A stretch of DNA of 64,000 nt from Candidatus Sabulitectum sp. (GCA_029938555.1 JAOZUR010000004.1:4757-68756); one strand, 5' to 3'; counted from the stretch's first letter, positions 20,229 through 31,776 are shown. Notes: generated by a model not told the origin, from the sequence alone. Translations and numbers: made by a program.

Positions 20229-21254
20229 TTATTTGTCAGAATTCAGTTTTTTTACAACCTCAATAATTTTAGGTAGTCTGGTTACAGCTGCGCCAAGCCT
20301 AAGAGTATCAGTGTGAAGTCTGGCGGGATTACCTGAAACCGTAACCCCTGCATCCACATCTTTTGTAACTCCCGATTTGGCACCTATAACAGCACCGTTA
20401 TTAATCACCAAGTGCCCCCCTACGCCCACTTGACCACCAAAAACAACACCGTTACCAACCTGTGTACTTCCGGCAATACCAGTCTGAGCTGCAATAAAAC
20501 ACCCTTGACCTATACATACATTATGGGCTACTTGAATGAGATTGTCCAGCTTTGTGTGATTTCCTATTTTTGTACTACCAGAAACAGCTCTATCAATGGA
20601 ACAATTAGAGCCTATTTCAACAAAATCTCCGATAACTACATTTCCATTCTGAGGAATTTTTTTGTGCTCACCCTTCGGATCAGGGACAAAACCAAAACCA
20701 TCACTACCAATAACAGTTCCAGAATGAATAATAACACCCTGTCCGATAATTACCCCGGCAAGCAATGTTACATTAGGGTAAACAATACAATTTTCACCTA
20801 AAGCAACCATTGGCCCCAAGACAACTCCGGCACCAATTTTACAATTATTTCCAATAACACAATCTCTGTCTATAACAGCAGTTGGGCCCACTTTAACATT
20901 ATCCCCCAGCTTTGCAGATTCATGAATCACTGAGGAACAGTGTATAAGATCAAAACCGGATGTTCTGTCAGGTTTAAAAATATGAAGAACTTTTCGAAAA
21001 GAATCATAAGCTTCTTTTACCAGGATAACACAATCAGCTGAAGTTTTTACAGGTTCTGCTGTTATTACTGCTTTTGCACCTGTGCTACTAAGAAAAACAA
21101 AATATTTTTTGTTTCCATAATAACAAATATCAGATTCACCTGCATCTTGAATGGAAGAAACATCTGTAATTATTGAATCAGGATTTCCTTTAATTATTTT
21201 TCCATTTAAATGATCTGCTATTATCTTAATGGTAATCGGTTTAGTCATTGCCAC
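20229..21254 (-). CDS. lpxD: UDP-3-O-(3-hydroxyacyl)glucosamine N-acyltransferase
   Basis: 341 aa with an N-terminal LpxD domain and a long left-handed beta-helix. Confidence 0.9.
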   Translation of the reverse strand: MAMTKPITIKIIADHLNGKIIKGNPDSIITDVSSIQDAGESDICYYGNKKYFVFLSSTGAKAVITAEPVKTSADCVILVKEAYDSFRKVLHIFKPDRTSGFDLIHCSSVIHESAKLGDNVKVGPTAVIDRDCVIGNNCKIGAGVVLGPMVALGENCIVYPNVTLLAGVIIGQGVIIHSGTVIGSDGFGFVPDPKGEHKKIPQNGNVVIGDFVEIGSNCSIDRAVSGSTKIGNHTKLDNLIQVAHNVCIGQGCFIAAQTGIAGSTQVGNGVVFGGQVGVGGHLVINNGAVIGAKSGVTKDVDAGVTVSGNPARLHTDTLRLGAAVTRLPKIIEVVKKLNSDK

Positions 21255-21738
21255 TCATAACCCTGTCAATTACCTTATCAGTAATGTCAACAGAAGCCTC
21301 TGCGTAAACAACCTGCCCAGCTGCTGCATCAAGAACAATTTGTAAACCATCCTCACTTGCCACATCCATAACAGCTGTATTAATAGCAGCAATAATTGGG
21401 TTAACCAACTCTTCATTTCGCCTTTCCATAAGCCCTCCTGGACCAAAAATACTGGAAAGATAGGACTCAATATGTAACTTTTTTTCTTCCAGAAGAGTTT
21501 CTTTTTCCTGCCTGCGCTCTGGACTCATCATCAGGGTTCTGGACAAATCAGCCTCAAGCTCATCTATCTCTTCCTGAAGAGAGTCAACATGAAGTTCCCA
21601 TTCATCCATTTCAGTCTCAAGAAGTTCGCGGGCATCTGAAACCTCACCCAGTGATTCAAAAACAAGGTCTGAATCAAAAACAGCAATACTCTGCCCAAAC
21701 AAAAGAGCTGGAAACGCCAATAAGATTACTAATTTCAT
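21241..21738 (-). CDS. skp: OmpH/Skp periplasmic chaperone
   Basis: Signal peptide [16 protein letters not shown] followed by a coiled-coil E/L/K-rich region. It sits in the classical bamA-skp-lpxD context. The ORF-track start at 21786 would overlap bamA, so M17 is preferred. Confidence 0.8.
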   Translation of the reverse strand: MKLVILLAFPALLFGQSIAVFDSDLVFESLGEVSDARELLETEMDEWELHVDSLQEEIDELEADLSRTLMMSPERRQEKETLLEEKKLHIESYLSSIFGPGGLMERRNEELVNPIIAAINTAVMDVASEDGLQIVLDAAAGQVVYAEASVDITDKVIDRVMSGND

Positions 21739-21749
21739 TTTCACTCCAA

Positions 21750-23984
21750 TCAGAAGGATGCACCCATCTGGAAATGTGGTTCCCATCCAGGTTCCGGCCC
21801 ATCAAATCCATACGCATAATCAAGACCCATAATACCAAGCATTGGGATCTCTACTCTGATTCCTAAACCAGCTCCGCGATTTAAAGAAGAAAGATCCATA
21901 TCAGACCAGCTTTCCCAGGTGCTTCCAGCATCAGTAAATACTGCCAGTTGAAGCTGATCAATTATTCTAAATCTGTATTCAGCACTGAGAATCAGCATGG
22001 TTTTACCACCAACAGTTTCAAAACCGTTAACTGCATTTATAACTCTGCTACCATAACCTCTTACACCATAAAAACCAGTTCCACCAAGCTGAAACAACTC
22101 GTAGGCAGGAGGAGTTTCCCCTCCAAAACCTGAAATGGTTCCCATTCTACCACGAAGGGTAAGGAAAAATTTCCACCAGACTGGGACATGCCATGTGGAG
22201 TCAAATAGATATTTCTGGAATCCTATGTCGCCTCCAAGAAATCCACCTGTAAGATCAAGACTAGCAGTATTCTTGGAACCCTCACCTGGGAATACCCTTC
22301 TATCCTGACTATCACGGGTAAAAGAAAGTCTTATGGAGCTATCCCACCGTGGCCAGTCTGTATCACGAAGAGTGTAATAGTAACTGTCAGGATCTTCTGT
22401 AATATCAAACACATCTACTTTCTCAAGAGTATACCTAATACTTGCTGTTGTAAAATCAACCCATGGCAAAGGTCTACCAACAAGAACAGATCCTCCTGTG
22501 CGGCGTCTGTCATACTCTGTGTAATTACTGGTGGTATGGTAAAGCTCTCCACCCAGTGTCAATGGTGTATCTCGGAACCATGGTTCTGTAAAACTTAACT
22601 TTATGTTTTGAACAGTTTTTGAAAACTCATAAGTTGTTCCCAGATTCTGACCATGCCCAAAGAAATTAGTTTCCGCAACTTCAAGATAACCGCTAAATCC
22701 GTCTGTAGCACTGTAGTTAGCCCCAATACCAAATTTACCTGTGGGTTTTTCATCCACTTCTAAAATCATGTCAACATCAGGCGAACCTTCAATTGCACGA
22801 AAATCAGGAATTACATCATTGAAATAATTCAGATAAAACACATTTCGAAGAGAACGCATAAGAGCTGATCTTCTGAATAAATCTCCTGGGACCACTGTAA
22901 GCTGCCTGCGAATAACATTATCATAAGTACGAGTATTACCCACTATTTCCACTTCGCGAATGTGGGCCCTTTCCCCTTCTTGAACAGCAAAAAGAATATT
23001 GACAACTGAGTCTGCCTCTGCTGAGGGTTCCATTATAGGTGATATGCCTGCATAGAAATAACCACGATCTTGGTATGCAGAATACAAGAATTCTAAAGTT
23101 TTATCTAGATCTTTACTAGAGTAGGAATTGCCTAATTCAACCTGGCTCATTGATAACAGTAATGAATCAGATAACTCAATATTACCACTGACAGAAACAT
23201 CACCAAAAACCATATAAGAACCCTCATAAATTGAGATATCAATATGGAAGTGATTATCGTCAGGAAGAAGGTATCTACTTGTTTCAGTTATCAAAGCATC
23301 AGGGTATCCATGATTATGGTAGTATTCAATTATTTTTACTAAATCCTCTTCAAACTGAAGGGGTTTAAGCTTGCCACTTCTCCAGAAACTGTCTTGTTTC
23401 GTTTTCATTTCATCACGAAGATCCCCGTCGGAAAATGATACATTTCCTGAAAAAACAATTTCCCCTACACGAACATCAGGTCCTTCCGTACATTGAAATA
23501 CCAGTGATCTTCGAGATTCTGGCCCTGGATCACTCCAACTCCAGGTAACAGTTGCAAGGTGCCTATTCTTATCAGCATACAAACTAAGGATAAGATCAAC
23601 AGCCTGATCGATATCGTTAATGGAAACAGTCTGCCCAGGAAAAATGGCCAAAGTATCTAACAAGTCGTCTTCCTTCAAGGAACCAGAATTAATAAATTCA
23701 ATGTTTGAAAGAATAGGATTTTCGCTAATTCTTATTAAAAAATTAGCTTGATTCTCTGTGGAATCAACCGTTACTTCAATATCAGTAAAATAACCAAGAC
23801 CGAATAAATCCCTAACCCCCTGAGGTAGAGTTGAAGGGAAAAAAGCTGTACCGGCAGAAAGACCAAGTGTTCTAATTATCAGAGAGTCTGAAACATAAGT
23901 ATTACCTTCCACGGTAACACTTGATACTGAAACGGAAAAAGCCATTCCAGCCAGTAAGGATACAAACAAAAGAGCTATTTTCAT
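21750..23984 (-). CDS. bamA: outer-membrane protein assembly factor BamA
   Basis: 744 aa with a signal peptide, POTRA repeats and a C-terminal Omp85 barrel ending ...HFQMGASF. Confidence 0.9.
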   Translation of the reverse strand: MKIALLFVSLLAGMAFSVSVSSVTVEGNTYVSDSLIIRTLGLSAGTAFFPSTLPQGVRDLFGLGYFTDIEVTVDSTENQANFLIRISENPILSNIEFINSGSLKEDDLLDTLAIFPGQTVSINDIDQAVDLILSLYADKNRHLATVTWSWSDPGPESRRSLVFQCTEGPDVRVGEIVFSGNVSFSDGDLRDEMKTKQDSFWRSGKLKPLQFEEDLVKIIEYYHNHGYPDALITETSRYLLPDDNHFHIDISIYEGSYMVFGDVSVSGNIELSDSLLLSMSQVELGNSYSSKDLDKTLEFLYSAYQDRGYFYAGISPIMEPSAEADSVVNILFAVQEGERAHIREVEIVGNTRTYDNVIRRQLTVVPGDLFRRSALMRSLRNVFYLNYFNDVIPDFRAIEGSPDVDMILEVDEKPTGKFGIGANYSATDGFSGYLEVAETNFFGHGQNLGTTYEFSKTVQNIKLSFTEPWFRDTPLTLGGELYHTTSNYTEYDRRRTGGSVLVGRPLPWVDFTTASIRYTLEKVDVFDITEDPDSYYYTLRDTDWPRWDSSIRLSFTRDSQDRRVFPGEGSKNTASLDLTGGFLGGDIGFQKYLFDSTWHVPVWWKFFLTLRGRMGTISGFGGETPPAYELFQLGGTGFYGVRGYGSRVINAVNGFETVGGKTMLILSAEYRFRIIDQLQLAVFTDAGSTWESWSDMDLSSLNRGAGLGIRVEIPMLGIMGLDYAYGFDGPEPGWEPHFQMGASF

Positions 23985-26410
23985 GTATTCACCTCCACAG
24001 CAACAATGTTAACATTAGCTTCATTCACTGAAGTAAAAGAAAGAGTATCGCCATTGCGCCTGGCACTGACTTTTCTACCTCCGGTAAGTTCACCGGAAAC
24101 AAGTAAATCAGTAAGAGGATCTTCAAGAAGTCTCTGAATTGTTCTTCTCAGATGTCTTGCACCAGCTTCACGATTAAACCCGGTTTCAGTGAGAAGATCA
24201 AGAGCTTCATTTTCGATCACCAGTTTTATCTCCAACTCGCGAAGTCTTTCAAATACTTCACCGAGCTGTATTTCTACAATAGCACGAATATTCGCTAAAT
24301 CAAGCGATCTATAAACAATTACACTATCAAGACGATTCATAAATTCAGGTGGAAAAACTGATTTTGCAGCGTTCATAATTGACGATGCCTGAGAATCATA
24401 GTTTTCTCTTAAAAAACCTACACTTCCACTGCCTCCTGTACTTTCTTGTGTAAGATTGCCTGTCATAATAATAATAGTATTGCTGAAATCGATTTTTCGT
24501 CCATAACCATCAGTCATGATTCCATAATCCATAACTTGAAGAAGCATATTATAAACATCAGAATGAGCTTTCTCTATTTCATCAAGAAGAACAACTGAAT
24601 ATGGTCTTCTGCGTACTTTCTCGGTAAGCTGCCCTCCATCATCATAACCAATATATCCAGGAGGAGCACCAACTAGTCTAGAACCTGAAAAGCCCTCTCT
24701 GTATTCTGACATATCAATTCGAATAAGAGAATTTTTATCACCAAATACCTGCTCTGCAATTATTCTGGCGGTTTCTGTTTTCCCTACTCCAGATGGTCCT
24801 AGAAACAAAAAACAACCGGTTGGCCTTCTGCTGTTTCTAAGTCCTACACGCCCCCGTCGAATTGCATTAGCTATCTGCTTAATTGCAGAATCCTGACCAA
24901 TAATATTTCTAGACATTCGATCTTCAAGATCTGATAGCTGAGTGGTTTCACTTTCACCAACTCGACTCATGGGAATTCCCGTGATTTCCGCAACAACAGC
25001 TGCCACATCATTCTGAGAAATATCAACAGGAGGAAGGCTTTCTATCCAATGCCCTCTGGAATCTTCAAGTACCTTTTCTAATCTTAATACTTCCTCATTC
25101 AACTTTGATGCTTCCAGCAGATCACGTTTTTCCCCTGCTGTATCAACTTGACGCCTTAAGTCTAACAATCTGTCATGAAGTTCTATGAGAGAATCCGGAG
25201 GGTTTGACGCTCTGGCATGAGCCCGAGCACCAGCCTCATCCATAACATCAATAGCCTTATCTGGAAGATGCCTTCCACTAATATATCGATGGGCAAGAAT
25301 AGCACAGTTTTTCAGGCTTTCTTTAGAATAAATAGCATTATGATGCCTCTGGTATCTATCTTTTAAACCATCAAGAATTTCCACTGTCAACTCAACTGAA
25401 GGAGGGTCTACTGAAACAGGCTGGAACCTTCGCTCAAGAGCACCGTCTTTTTCTATTTTTCTTCTGTACTCATCAAGAGTAGTGGCCCCTATACACTGAA
25501 ATTCTCCCCGTGCCAAAGCTGGTTTTAAAAGATTTGCTGCATCAATGGCACCTTCAGATCCTCCAGCTCCCACAATTGAATGAATTTCATCTATGAACAG
25601 AATTATGTTGCCATCCTCATTGATTTCATGAAGAAGAGCCTTCAACCGTTCTTCAAACTGACCACGAAATTTAGTCCCTGCAAGAATCGAAGCCATATCA
25701 AGTGCCATTATTCTTTTACCATAAATGGGTAAAGGAACTCTTCCTGAAATAATTCGAAGAGCCAACCCTTCTACAATTGCAGTTTTGCCAACGCCAGGTT
25801 CGCCGATAAGAACGGGATTTGATTTTTTCCTTCGACACAAGACCTGAACAAGTCTGTCTATTTCAGTTGATCTGCCTATCACCGGATCCAGTCGGTTTTC
25901 AGAACCGAGTAAAGTAAGGTCTCGGCAAAAGAAATCAACCGCTGAAGATGTTTTAGCATCTTTGGAAGTTTTATTGTCTGCTGATGCTTTGACTCTATCC
26001 TTAAGGTTATCGTAATTAACCCCATACTGCCAGAGCAATGCAGAAGATCCACCATCTATTTTTGCTAATGCAAGAAGAAAATGAATAGTTGATATAGAAT
26101 CAGCTTTTAGCCATAGAGCCTGAAGTTTTGCATCAGCAAGAACAGATCTTGAACGATGGCTCCAAGTTAAATTTATACGATCAATAGTAGTAGACATCTG
26201 CCCTATTCTTAAATTTGCCTTCAGTTGAGCATGCATTTCTGCAGTTTTTACTTTCATTTCCCTTAAAAGAAGAGCAGCTCTGGAACCGTCAACATTTAAA
26301 ATAGCAAACAGAATAAATTCTGTACTGATTTCCCTTCTTCCAGAGCGGGCGGCTTCTGCTCTGGCCTCTATAAGAGCCTTTCTAGCTCGGTCAGTATGCT
26401 GTTCTGGCAA
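23981..26410 (-). CDS. clpC: Clp/Hsp100 AAA+ ATPase, ClpC/ClpA-like (two AAA modules, short M-domain)
   Basis: Clp_N repeats, Walker A motifs GEPGVGKT and GPSGVGKT, and a VGF tripeptide at the ClpP-loop position. The stop overlaps the bamA start by 4 nt. Confidence 0.85.
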   Translation of the reverse strand: MPEQHTDRARKALIEARAEAARSGRREISTEFILFAILNVDGSRAALLLREMKVKTAEMHAQLKANLRIGQMSTTIDRINLTWSHRSRSVLADAKLQALWLKADSISTIHFLLALAKIDGGSSALLWQYGVNYDNLKDRVKASADNKTSKDAKTSSAVDFFCRDLTLLGSENRLDPVIGRSTEIDRLVQVLCRRKKSNPVLIGEPGVGKTAIVEGLALRIISGRVPLPIYGKRIMALDMASILAGTKFRGQFEERLKALLHEINEDGNIILFIDEIHSIVGAGGSEGAIDAANLLKPALARGEFQCIGATTLDEYRRKIEKDGALERRFQPVSVDPPSVELTVEILDGLKDRYQRHHNAIYSKESLKNCAILAHRYISGRHLPDKAIDVMDEAGARAHARASNPPDSLIELHDRLLDLRRQVDTAGEKRDLLEASKLNEEVLRLEKVLEDSRGHWIESLPPVDISQNDVAAVVAEITGIPMSRVGESETTQLSDLEDRMSRNIIGQDSAIKQIANAIRRGRVGLRNSRRPTGCFLFLGPSGVGKTETARIIAEQVFGDKNSLIRIDMSEYREGFSGSRLVGAPPGYIGYDDGGQLTEKVRRRPYSVVLLDEIEKAHSDVYNMLLQVMDYGIMTDGYGRKIDFSNTIIIMTGNLTQESTGGSGSVGFLRENYDSQASSIMNAAKSVFPPEFMNRLDSVIVYRSLDLANIRAIVEIQLGEVFERLRELEIKLVIENEALDLLTETGFNREAGARHLRRTIQRLLEDPLTDLLVSGELTGGRKVSARRNGDTLSFTSVNEANVNIVAVEVNT

Positions 26411-26493
26411 GAATGCCCCTCTCTTTCATTTGTATTACTGCTCTTTGCGTGGGAAGAATATAGCGATTCAAAGACTTCCCCAATATTTTTTCA

Positions 26494-27177
26494 TCAGCTC
26501 TTTTTTATAATACCTGAATTTAAAAAAACTTTTCTATGGACAGCACCTGCAAGATCATGACTATGGGTAGCTAAAAGAAAAGATCTGTTGCCTTCCTCTG
26601 CAAGTTCCATAATTAGTTTTTCAACTTCCAAACTTGTTTTTGAATCCAGATTACCAGTTGGTTCATCAGCCAGTACAATCTCTGGTTTCATAATAATTGC
26701 TCTTGCAATTGCAGCTCGCTGCCTTTCACCACCTGAAACCGTTGAAGGAAAATGAGAAGATCTATGAATAATACCCACTCTTTCAAGTAGAGATTCTGCC
26801 TTTTGGGTAGCTTCTTCACTGGTTTCTCCTGCTATCAAACAAGGCATCATCACATTTTCTTTCAATGTAAACTCTTCCAATAAATGATGAAACTGAAAGA
26901 CAAAACCAATCTTTCTATTTCTTAACTCAGCTCGCCTTCTACTGCTTAAACCCCATCCGTCTTCCCCACAAATAAGCACTTTTCCCTTGCAAGGTCTTTC
27001 CAGAAGCCCAAGCGCATGAAGCAAAGTGCTTTTGCCTGACCCACTTGGGCCCATAACTGCAACCACCTCACCAGTTTTGATTGAGATAGATGCCCCTTTA
27101 AGAACCTTGATAGAAGCATCAGAGCTACCATAAGAACAATGGATATCGTTTGCAGAAAGAACCAATTCGTTACTCAT
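26494..27177 (-). CDS. lolD: lipoprotein-releasing ABC transporter ATP-binding protein (MacB/FtsE family)
   Basis: GPSGSGKST Walker A, LSGGERQR signature and a Walker B. It is coupled to an FtsX-like permease. Confidence 0.8.
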   Translation of the reverse strand: MSNELVLSANDIHCSYGSSDASIKVLKGASISIKTGEVVAVMGPSGSGKSTLLHALGLLERPCKGKVLICGEDGWGLSSRRRAELRNRKIGFVFQFHHLLEEFTLKENVMMPCLIAGETSEEATQKAESLLERVGIIHRSSHFPSTVSGGERQRAAIARAIIMKPEIVLADEPTGNLDSKTSLEVEKLIMELAEEGNRSFLLATHSHDLAGAVHRKVFLNSGIIKKS

Positions 27178-28366
27178 ATCTTAAAGCTTTCGAAGGAGAA
27201 CTGGATAAAGCAGAAATCGCTGGAAAAATAGAAATAACAACACAAACAAAAATAGTAGCAAAAGTTACTATCAAAGCAGTTGTCAATGGGAAAACACCAG
27301 GTAACACATCAATCCAATACACTGTTCCGTCCAGTTTTATAGGAAAATATCTGTTAACTACAAAAATCGAAATCCACGAAAAAATAAAACCAAAACCAGC
27401 CCCTGTGCCCCCCAGCAAAAGTCCCCTAAGAAGAGAAACTGAAAATACGGCATTAGGCGTAAGGCCCATAGCTCTCATTACTCCAATATCCCGTCTGTGT
27501 TCCATTGCAATCATTGTAAGGGCACTGGAAAGATTAAGCAGAGCAACAACTGTTATCAAAGCCAGTACAATTGTCATGGCAATTCTTTCAAGCCCAAGAG
27601 CTTTAAAAAGATTGCCATGAAAAGACAGATAAGGAATGCAACTCATGTATACCGGCCAGCCTCCTCCAACATATTCTTGGTAAAGAGCAGAATTCAATAA
27701 CTCTGCGGCTTCAACAGGATCCTCACCTGTATTAACATAACCACCAAGACTTGTTAACTGGTCTGGAGCTCGGAAAATACCTCGTGCTGTATTCAGAGGA
27801 ACAACAATCAATGAGCTATTGTATTCTTCTATTCCAAAATCACCAACACTATCAATGATCAGAGTAGCTATTGTATCAACAAGAACACGCCCCATACCGG
27901 AAATTTCCACACCGGCTGTAGAAGCAATTCTGATTTCATCCCCTGCTGTTACACCAAGCTCTCGGGCAATATCTTTACCTATAATCAACTCTGTACCAGT
28001 AACTCCTCTAACCATGGCACCAGAAACAGTGCCTGGGGCACCGCTTACTACAGCAGGTTTTTCTAAAATACCCTGAATAACTGAAATCTGGGGAATCTCA
28101 TCTGCAATTGACTGCACCACACCCAGATCAAAATCATCCATATATGTGCCACCTGGCACGTATATGTGTAAAGGAGGATTCATTTTGGTAAGGCCTGTTG
28201 TTATGGCTTCAGTAAAACCACCCATAAAAGCTTGAAGAATAATCAGTGAGGTAACACCAATAGCGATACCTGCCATTGATAAAATACTGACCATTCTTAC
28301 AACTGTGGAATTAGCATTGCTCCAAACATGTCGTCGAGCAAGAGCCCATAAAAGTTTCTGTTTCAT
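27170..28366 (-). CDS. lipoprotein-releasing ABC permease, LolC/LolE (FtsX/MacB-PCD) family
   Basis: 398 aa with an N-terminal TM, a periplasmic domain and three C-terminal TM segments. It overlaps lolD by 8 nt and lysS by 4 nt. Confidence 0.8.
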   Translation of the reverse strand: MKQKLLWALARRHVWSNANSTVVRMVSILSMAGIAIGVTSLIILQAFMGGFTEAITTGLTKMNPPLHIYVPGGTYMDDFDLGVVQSIADEIPQISVIQGILEKPAVVSGAPGTVSGAMVRGVTGTELIIGKDIARELGVTAGDEIRIASTAGVEISGMGRVLVDTIATLIIDSVGDFGIEEYNSSLIVVPLNTARGIFRAPDQLTSLGGYVNTGEDPVEAAELLNSALYQEYVGGGWPVYMSCIPYLSFHGNLFKALGLERIAMTIVLALITVVALLNLSSALTMIAMEHRRDIGVMRAMGLTPNAVFSVSLLRGLLLGGTGAGFGFIFSWISIFVVNRYFPIKLDGTVYWIDVLPGVFPLTTALIVTFATIFVCVVISIFPAISALSSSPSKALRYE

Positions 28367-29829
28367 TGCCCCTGTCGAAGATGAGGAAACAAAATGGTAT
28401 CACGGATAGACCTTGCATCAGTAAGCACCATTACTAATCTGTCCACACCAATACCAAGCCCACCTGTAGGTGGCATTCCAACTTCAAGAGCATAAAGAAA
28501 TTCCTGGTCAACAACACCTTTGCGAATCTTACTAAGCAATGCCTGGGTTTCAAGTACTTGCCTTTGGTAAACTGGGTCATTCTGTTCACTGAAAGAGTTA
28601 GCGAGCTCAAGCCCGGCAATAAATGCTTCAAATCTTTCTGTAATTCTAGGATCGTCAGTTTTTTGCTTAGCAAGAGGAGATAACTCCACAGGATAATCAA
28701 CAACAAAACTAGGCTGAATAAGACTTGGGGTTACATAATGATCAAAAAGCTTATCAAGCAAAGTTGGTCTATCCTTGATTTCATCTCCCAGCCCAAGTTT
28801 AGCAGCAAGAGCTGTTAGTTTTTCCGTATCCCAATCAAACAAATCTTCACCACTCTTTTCGTGAAGTGTTGGGACGAAAGGAATTCTTTGGAATGGAGGA
28901 GTAAGATCTATATCAAATTCACCGAATTTAACAACAGGGCCAACATTGGCAGCTTTTGCTGCAACTTGAACAATATCTTCAAATCTTTTCATCATTCCAT
29001 TGTAATCAGTCCATGCTTCATACAATTCCAGCTGGGTAAATTCAGGACTGTGAGTCCTATCAACACCCTCATTACGGAAATCTTTTCCTATTTCATAAAC
29101 TCTGTGCATTCCCCCGGTTACAAGCCTTTTCAAATAAAGCTCTGTTGCTATTCTTAAATAACAATCTTCGTCCATGGAATTGTAAAAACTTACGAAAGGA
29201 TCAGCCGCTGCACCGCCGTATATTTGTTGTAATACAGGGGTTTCAACCTCAAGAAAATCATCAGTATCAAGGTAGTTTCTCATTGCGGATATTATTTTGC
29301 TTCTAGCGATAAATCTGTTTTTTGACTCTTCGTTTAACATAAGATCAATACATCTGTGTCTATAAACAAAGTCTGGATCACTCACCGCATCATGAACTTC
29401 TCCATCAGCATCTGTCTTCACCACAGGCATAGGTCGAACTGCCTTGGCCAAAAGAAGAAGTAAGCTAACTCGCACGGACAATTCACCTGTTCTTGTAACA
29501 AATTGATTACCACTAACCCATATAATATCGCCTAAATCAAGATTACCTAATAAATCCCAAGACTCTTCGCTCAGATTCTTTTTGTTAATAAATAACTGAA
29601 TTCTGCCTGTTGGATCTGTGATATCGCAGAAAACAGTTTTCCCATGTTTCCTTTTGGCCATAACTCTACCACTGGTAGCCATTATGTTTTCAGTTTCTCC
29701 TGCAGCTCGAAGTGTTTCGATAGGAAGTCTATCTGGTGTCTGCGGTGGATAAGCATCTAAACCCATCTCTTTTATAGCAGATAGTTTTTCAAGTCTATTG
29801 TTTATGAATTCATTTTCTTCAATTGCCAT
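28363..29829 (-). CDS. lysS: lysine--tRNA ligase (class II)
   Basis: 488 aa with an N-terminal OB anticodon-binding domain and class II motifs (FRNEG, GGLGIGVDRLVM). Confidence 0.95.
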   Translation of the reverse strand: MAIEENEFINNRLEKLSAIKEMGLDAYPPQTPDRLPIETLRAAGETENIMATSGRVMAKRKHGKTVFCDITDPTGRIQLFINKKNLSEESWDLLGNLDLGDIIWVSGNQFVTRTGELSVRVSLLLLLAKAVRPMPVVKTDADGEVHDAVSDPDFVYRHRCIDLMLNEESKNRFIARSKIISAMRNYLDTDDFLEVETPVLQQIYGGAAADPFVSFYNSMDEDCYLRIATELYLKRLVTGGMHRVYEIGKDFRNEGVDRTHSPEFTQLELYEAWTDYNGMMKRFEDIVQVAAKAANVGPVVKFGEFDIDLTPPFQRIPFVPTLHEKSGEDLFDWDTEKLTALAAKLGLGDEIKDRPTLLDKLFDHYVTPSLIQPSFVVDYPVELSPLAKQKTDDPRITERFEAFIAGLELANSFSEQNDPVYQRQVLETQALLSKIRKGVVDQEFLYALEVGMPPTGGLGIGVDRLVMVLTDARSIRDTILFPHLRQGQ

Positions 29830-29830
29830 T

Positions 29831-30929
29831 TTACTTACTCTTTCTTAAATAATCTTCTATAAATTCCTGAATATTTCCTCCAAGAAAACCTTCAACATCT
29901 GAAATTTCATTACCTGTTCTATGGTCTTTTACCATCTGATAAGGATGAAGAACATAAGAGCGTATCTGATGCCCCCAAGAAACATCACTCTTGGTGTTTT
30001 CAAGCTTCTCTCGCTCTTTTCGTCGTTTTTCTTCTTCCAGTTCATACATTCTTGCACGAAGTACTTTCCAGGCAAGTTCACGATTTCTGTGCTGACTTCT
30101 TTCGTTCTGACATGAAACAGCAATACCTGTAGGAAGGTGGGTTAATCTAACAGCACTTGATGTTTTATTAATGTGCTGCCCCCCTGCTCCACTGGCTCTA
30201 AAAACATCTGTTCTAACATCATCTGGATCTATATCTACCTGAATGGAATCATCCAGATCAGGCAGTGGGAAAACAGATGCGAAACTGGTATGCCTTCTAT
30301 TACTTGGGTCAAAAGGGCTACGCCGCACAAGCCTGTGTATTCCCTTCTCTGCCAAAAGGTAACCAAAAGCATACGATCCCTTTATGGAAAGAACTGCTTC
30401 TCGCATTCCCACAGTATCACCTGGAGATGTATCAAGAATTGTTACTTCAAACCCCTGTTTTTCTGCCCAGTAGATGTACATTTTCATTAACATCTCTGTC
30501 CAGTCATGGCTATCCACGCCACCGGCACCGGAGCGAACTGTAAGAATACAATCAGAAGCATCATGCTTCCCAGATAACATCTGACGAAATTCTAGCTGAT
30601 CCAAAGTTTTAACCACTTCACCTAAACGAATCTGAGCATCGGTTCGAATACCAATATCATCTTCTAACTCAAGTAACTCCAGAGCAGCTTCCAAATCTTC
30701 TATTTTAACTGAAAGTTTACCTAACGGATCAGACCAGTTCTGAATTTTTTTTAGTTTTGAAATTACCTCAAGAGCCTTGTTTCTGTTGTTCCAGAAACCC
30801 TCTTTGGTCATCTCTATTTCTAATTCTTTTTCTTCTTTTAAAAGCGTAACAAGGTCAAAGACGCTCCTTGAGCAGTTGAGTGCGCTCTTCTGCCCCACGG
30901 ATCTCCGTGACAAGCTCTGCGTGTGTCAT
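29831..30929 (-). CDS. prfB: peptide chain release factor 2, expressed through a programmed +1 ribosomal frameshift
   Basis: The 0-frame ATG at 30929 is preceded by AGGAGG. That frame reads MTHAELVTEIRGAEERTQLLKERL and stops at TGA (30857..30855) within AAGGAG CGT CTT TGA C. The +1 frame continues DLVTLLKEEKE... to the SPF, GGQ and TGI motifs. Confidence 0.9.
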
Positions 30930-30954
30930 TCTTCCTCCTATAGCAGTTGATTAG

Positions 30955-30983
30955 TCAGGGCGAATATAATAAATTCGCCCTGA
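30955..30983. terminator. perfect 11-bp hairpin between chaN and prfB (terminator or insulator; no clear U-tract)
   Basis: Stem tcagggcgaat / attcgccctga with loop ataataa. Confidence 0.4.
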
Positions 30984-31005
30984 AACTGCCGATTAAGATC
31001 CTGTA

Positions 31006-31776
31006 CTATTCCTGCCTAACAATAACAAAGTCAGCTATATCTGAAGACATTTCCTCATCTTCGCCAAGAACTGTTACTGTAAGAATAGATTCAGAGGAAA
31101 GCTGATCAAGAATACCTGAGTAATAGTCGCTATGAAAACTTCCGCAGACAAACATCACTGATTCGTCACCGATGGACTGGGCCATCACAGCATCTTTAAG
31201 AAGCTGTGCCCTGTAAAGATTCTCTGGAGCAACCGGCATTCCATGCATCTGATCTCCAATTGATTCCATGGTTGCCAAAAACATCTCTTTATAAAGAACA
31301 TTTGAAGAATCTACTGATAAGTCTTCAAAACCTGGTTCGCCAAGAACAGCTTCAAAACCACCTCGTGCAACCATTGCAGCATTCATTCTTGGAACATTTG
31401 CAGCGATCACAGAAAAGCCATTATCCTTGGCATAATTTACCATAGGCGCATAATCAGTTAAATAGTTACCCCAAGGGCGTGATTCCGCTAGAAATTCCTC
31501 TTCGGTGATATCCCCTGCAAGAAACGAATCAAGCAAAGATTGTACATCTGTCTCAAACATCTCAAGAGCAAGAGATCTTTGATCGGAAGCAAGAGACTTC
31601 CATAAAAACAGTTCCCATTCGTGAGCAAAAGAATCATCATGTTTTTCCCCAACAAAAACAATATGAGCCTGGTTCAATGTCTCTAGCATTTCATCAACAG
31701 TAACCACATTGTCTCCATTATAAACTATGCCATCTGGCACCGATACAAGAGCACACATCATCATGAACAACACCAT
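31006..31776 (-). CDS. ChaN-family (haem/iron-uptake-associated, Tiki-like) protein
   Basis: IVFVGEKHDD motif and overall ChaN-like layout. Confidence 0.65.
   Translation of the reverse strand: MVLFMMMCALVSVPDGIVYNGDNVVTVDEMLETLNQAHIVFVGEKHDDSFAHEWELFLWKSLASDQRSLALEMFETDVQSLLDSFLAGDITEEEFLAESRPWGNYLTDYAPMVNYAKDNGFSVIAANVPRMNAAMVARGGFEAVLGEPGFEDLSVDSSNVLYKEMFLATMESIGDQMHGMPVAPENLYRAQLLKDAVMAQSIGDESVMFVCGSFHSDYYSGILDQLSSESILTVTVLGEDEEMSSDIADFVIVRQE

Noticed and set aside
30861-30913. ORF-track N-terminus of prfB (MSRRSVGQKSALNCSRSVF, TTG start at 30913)
   Set aside because: It is an out-of-frame artefact created by the +1 frameshift site. The real start is ATG 30929 in the 0 frame.
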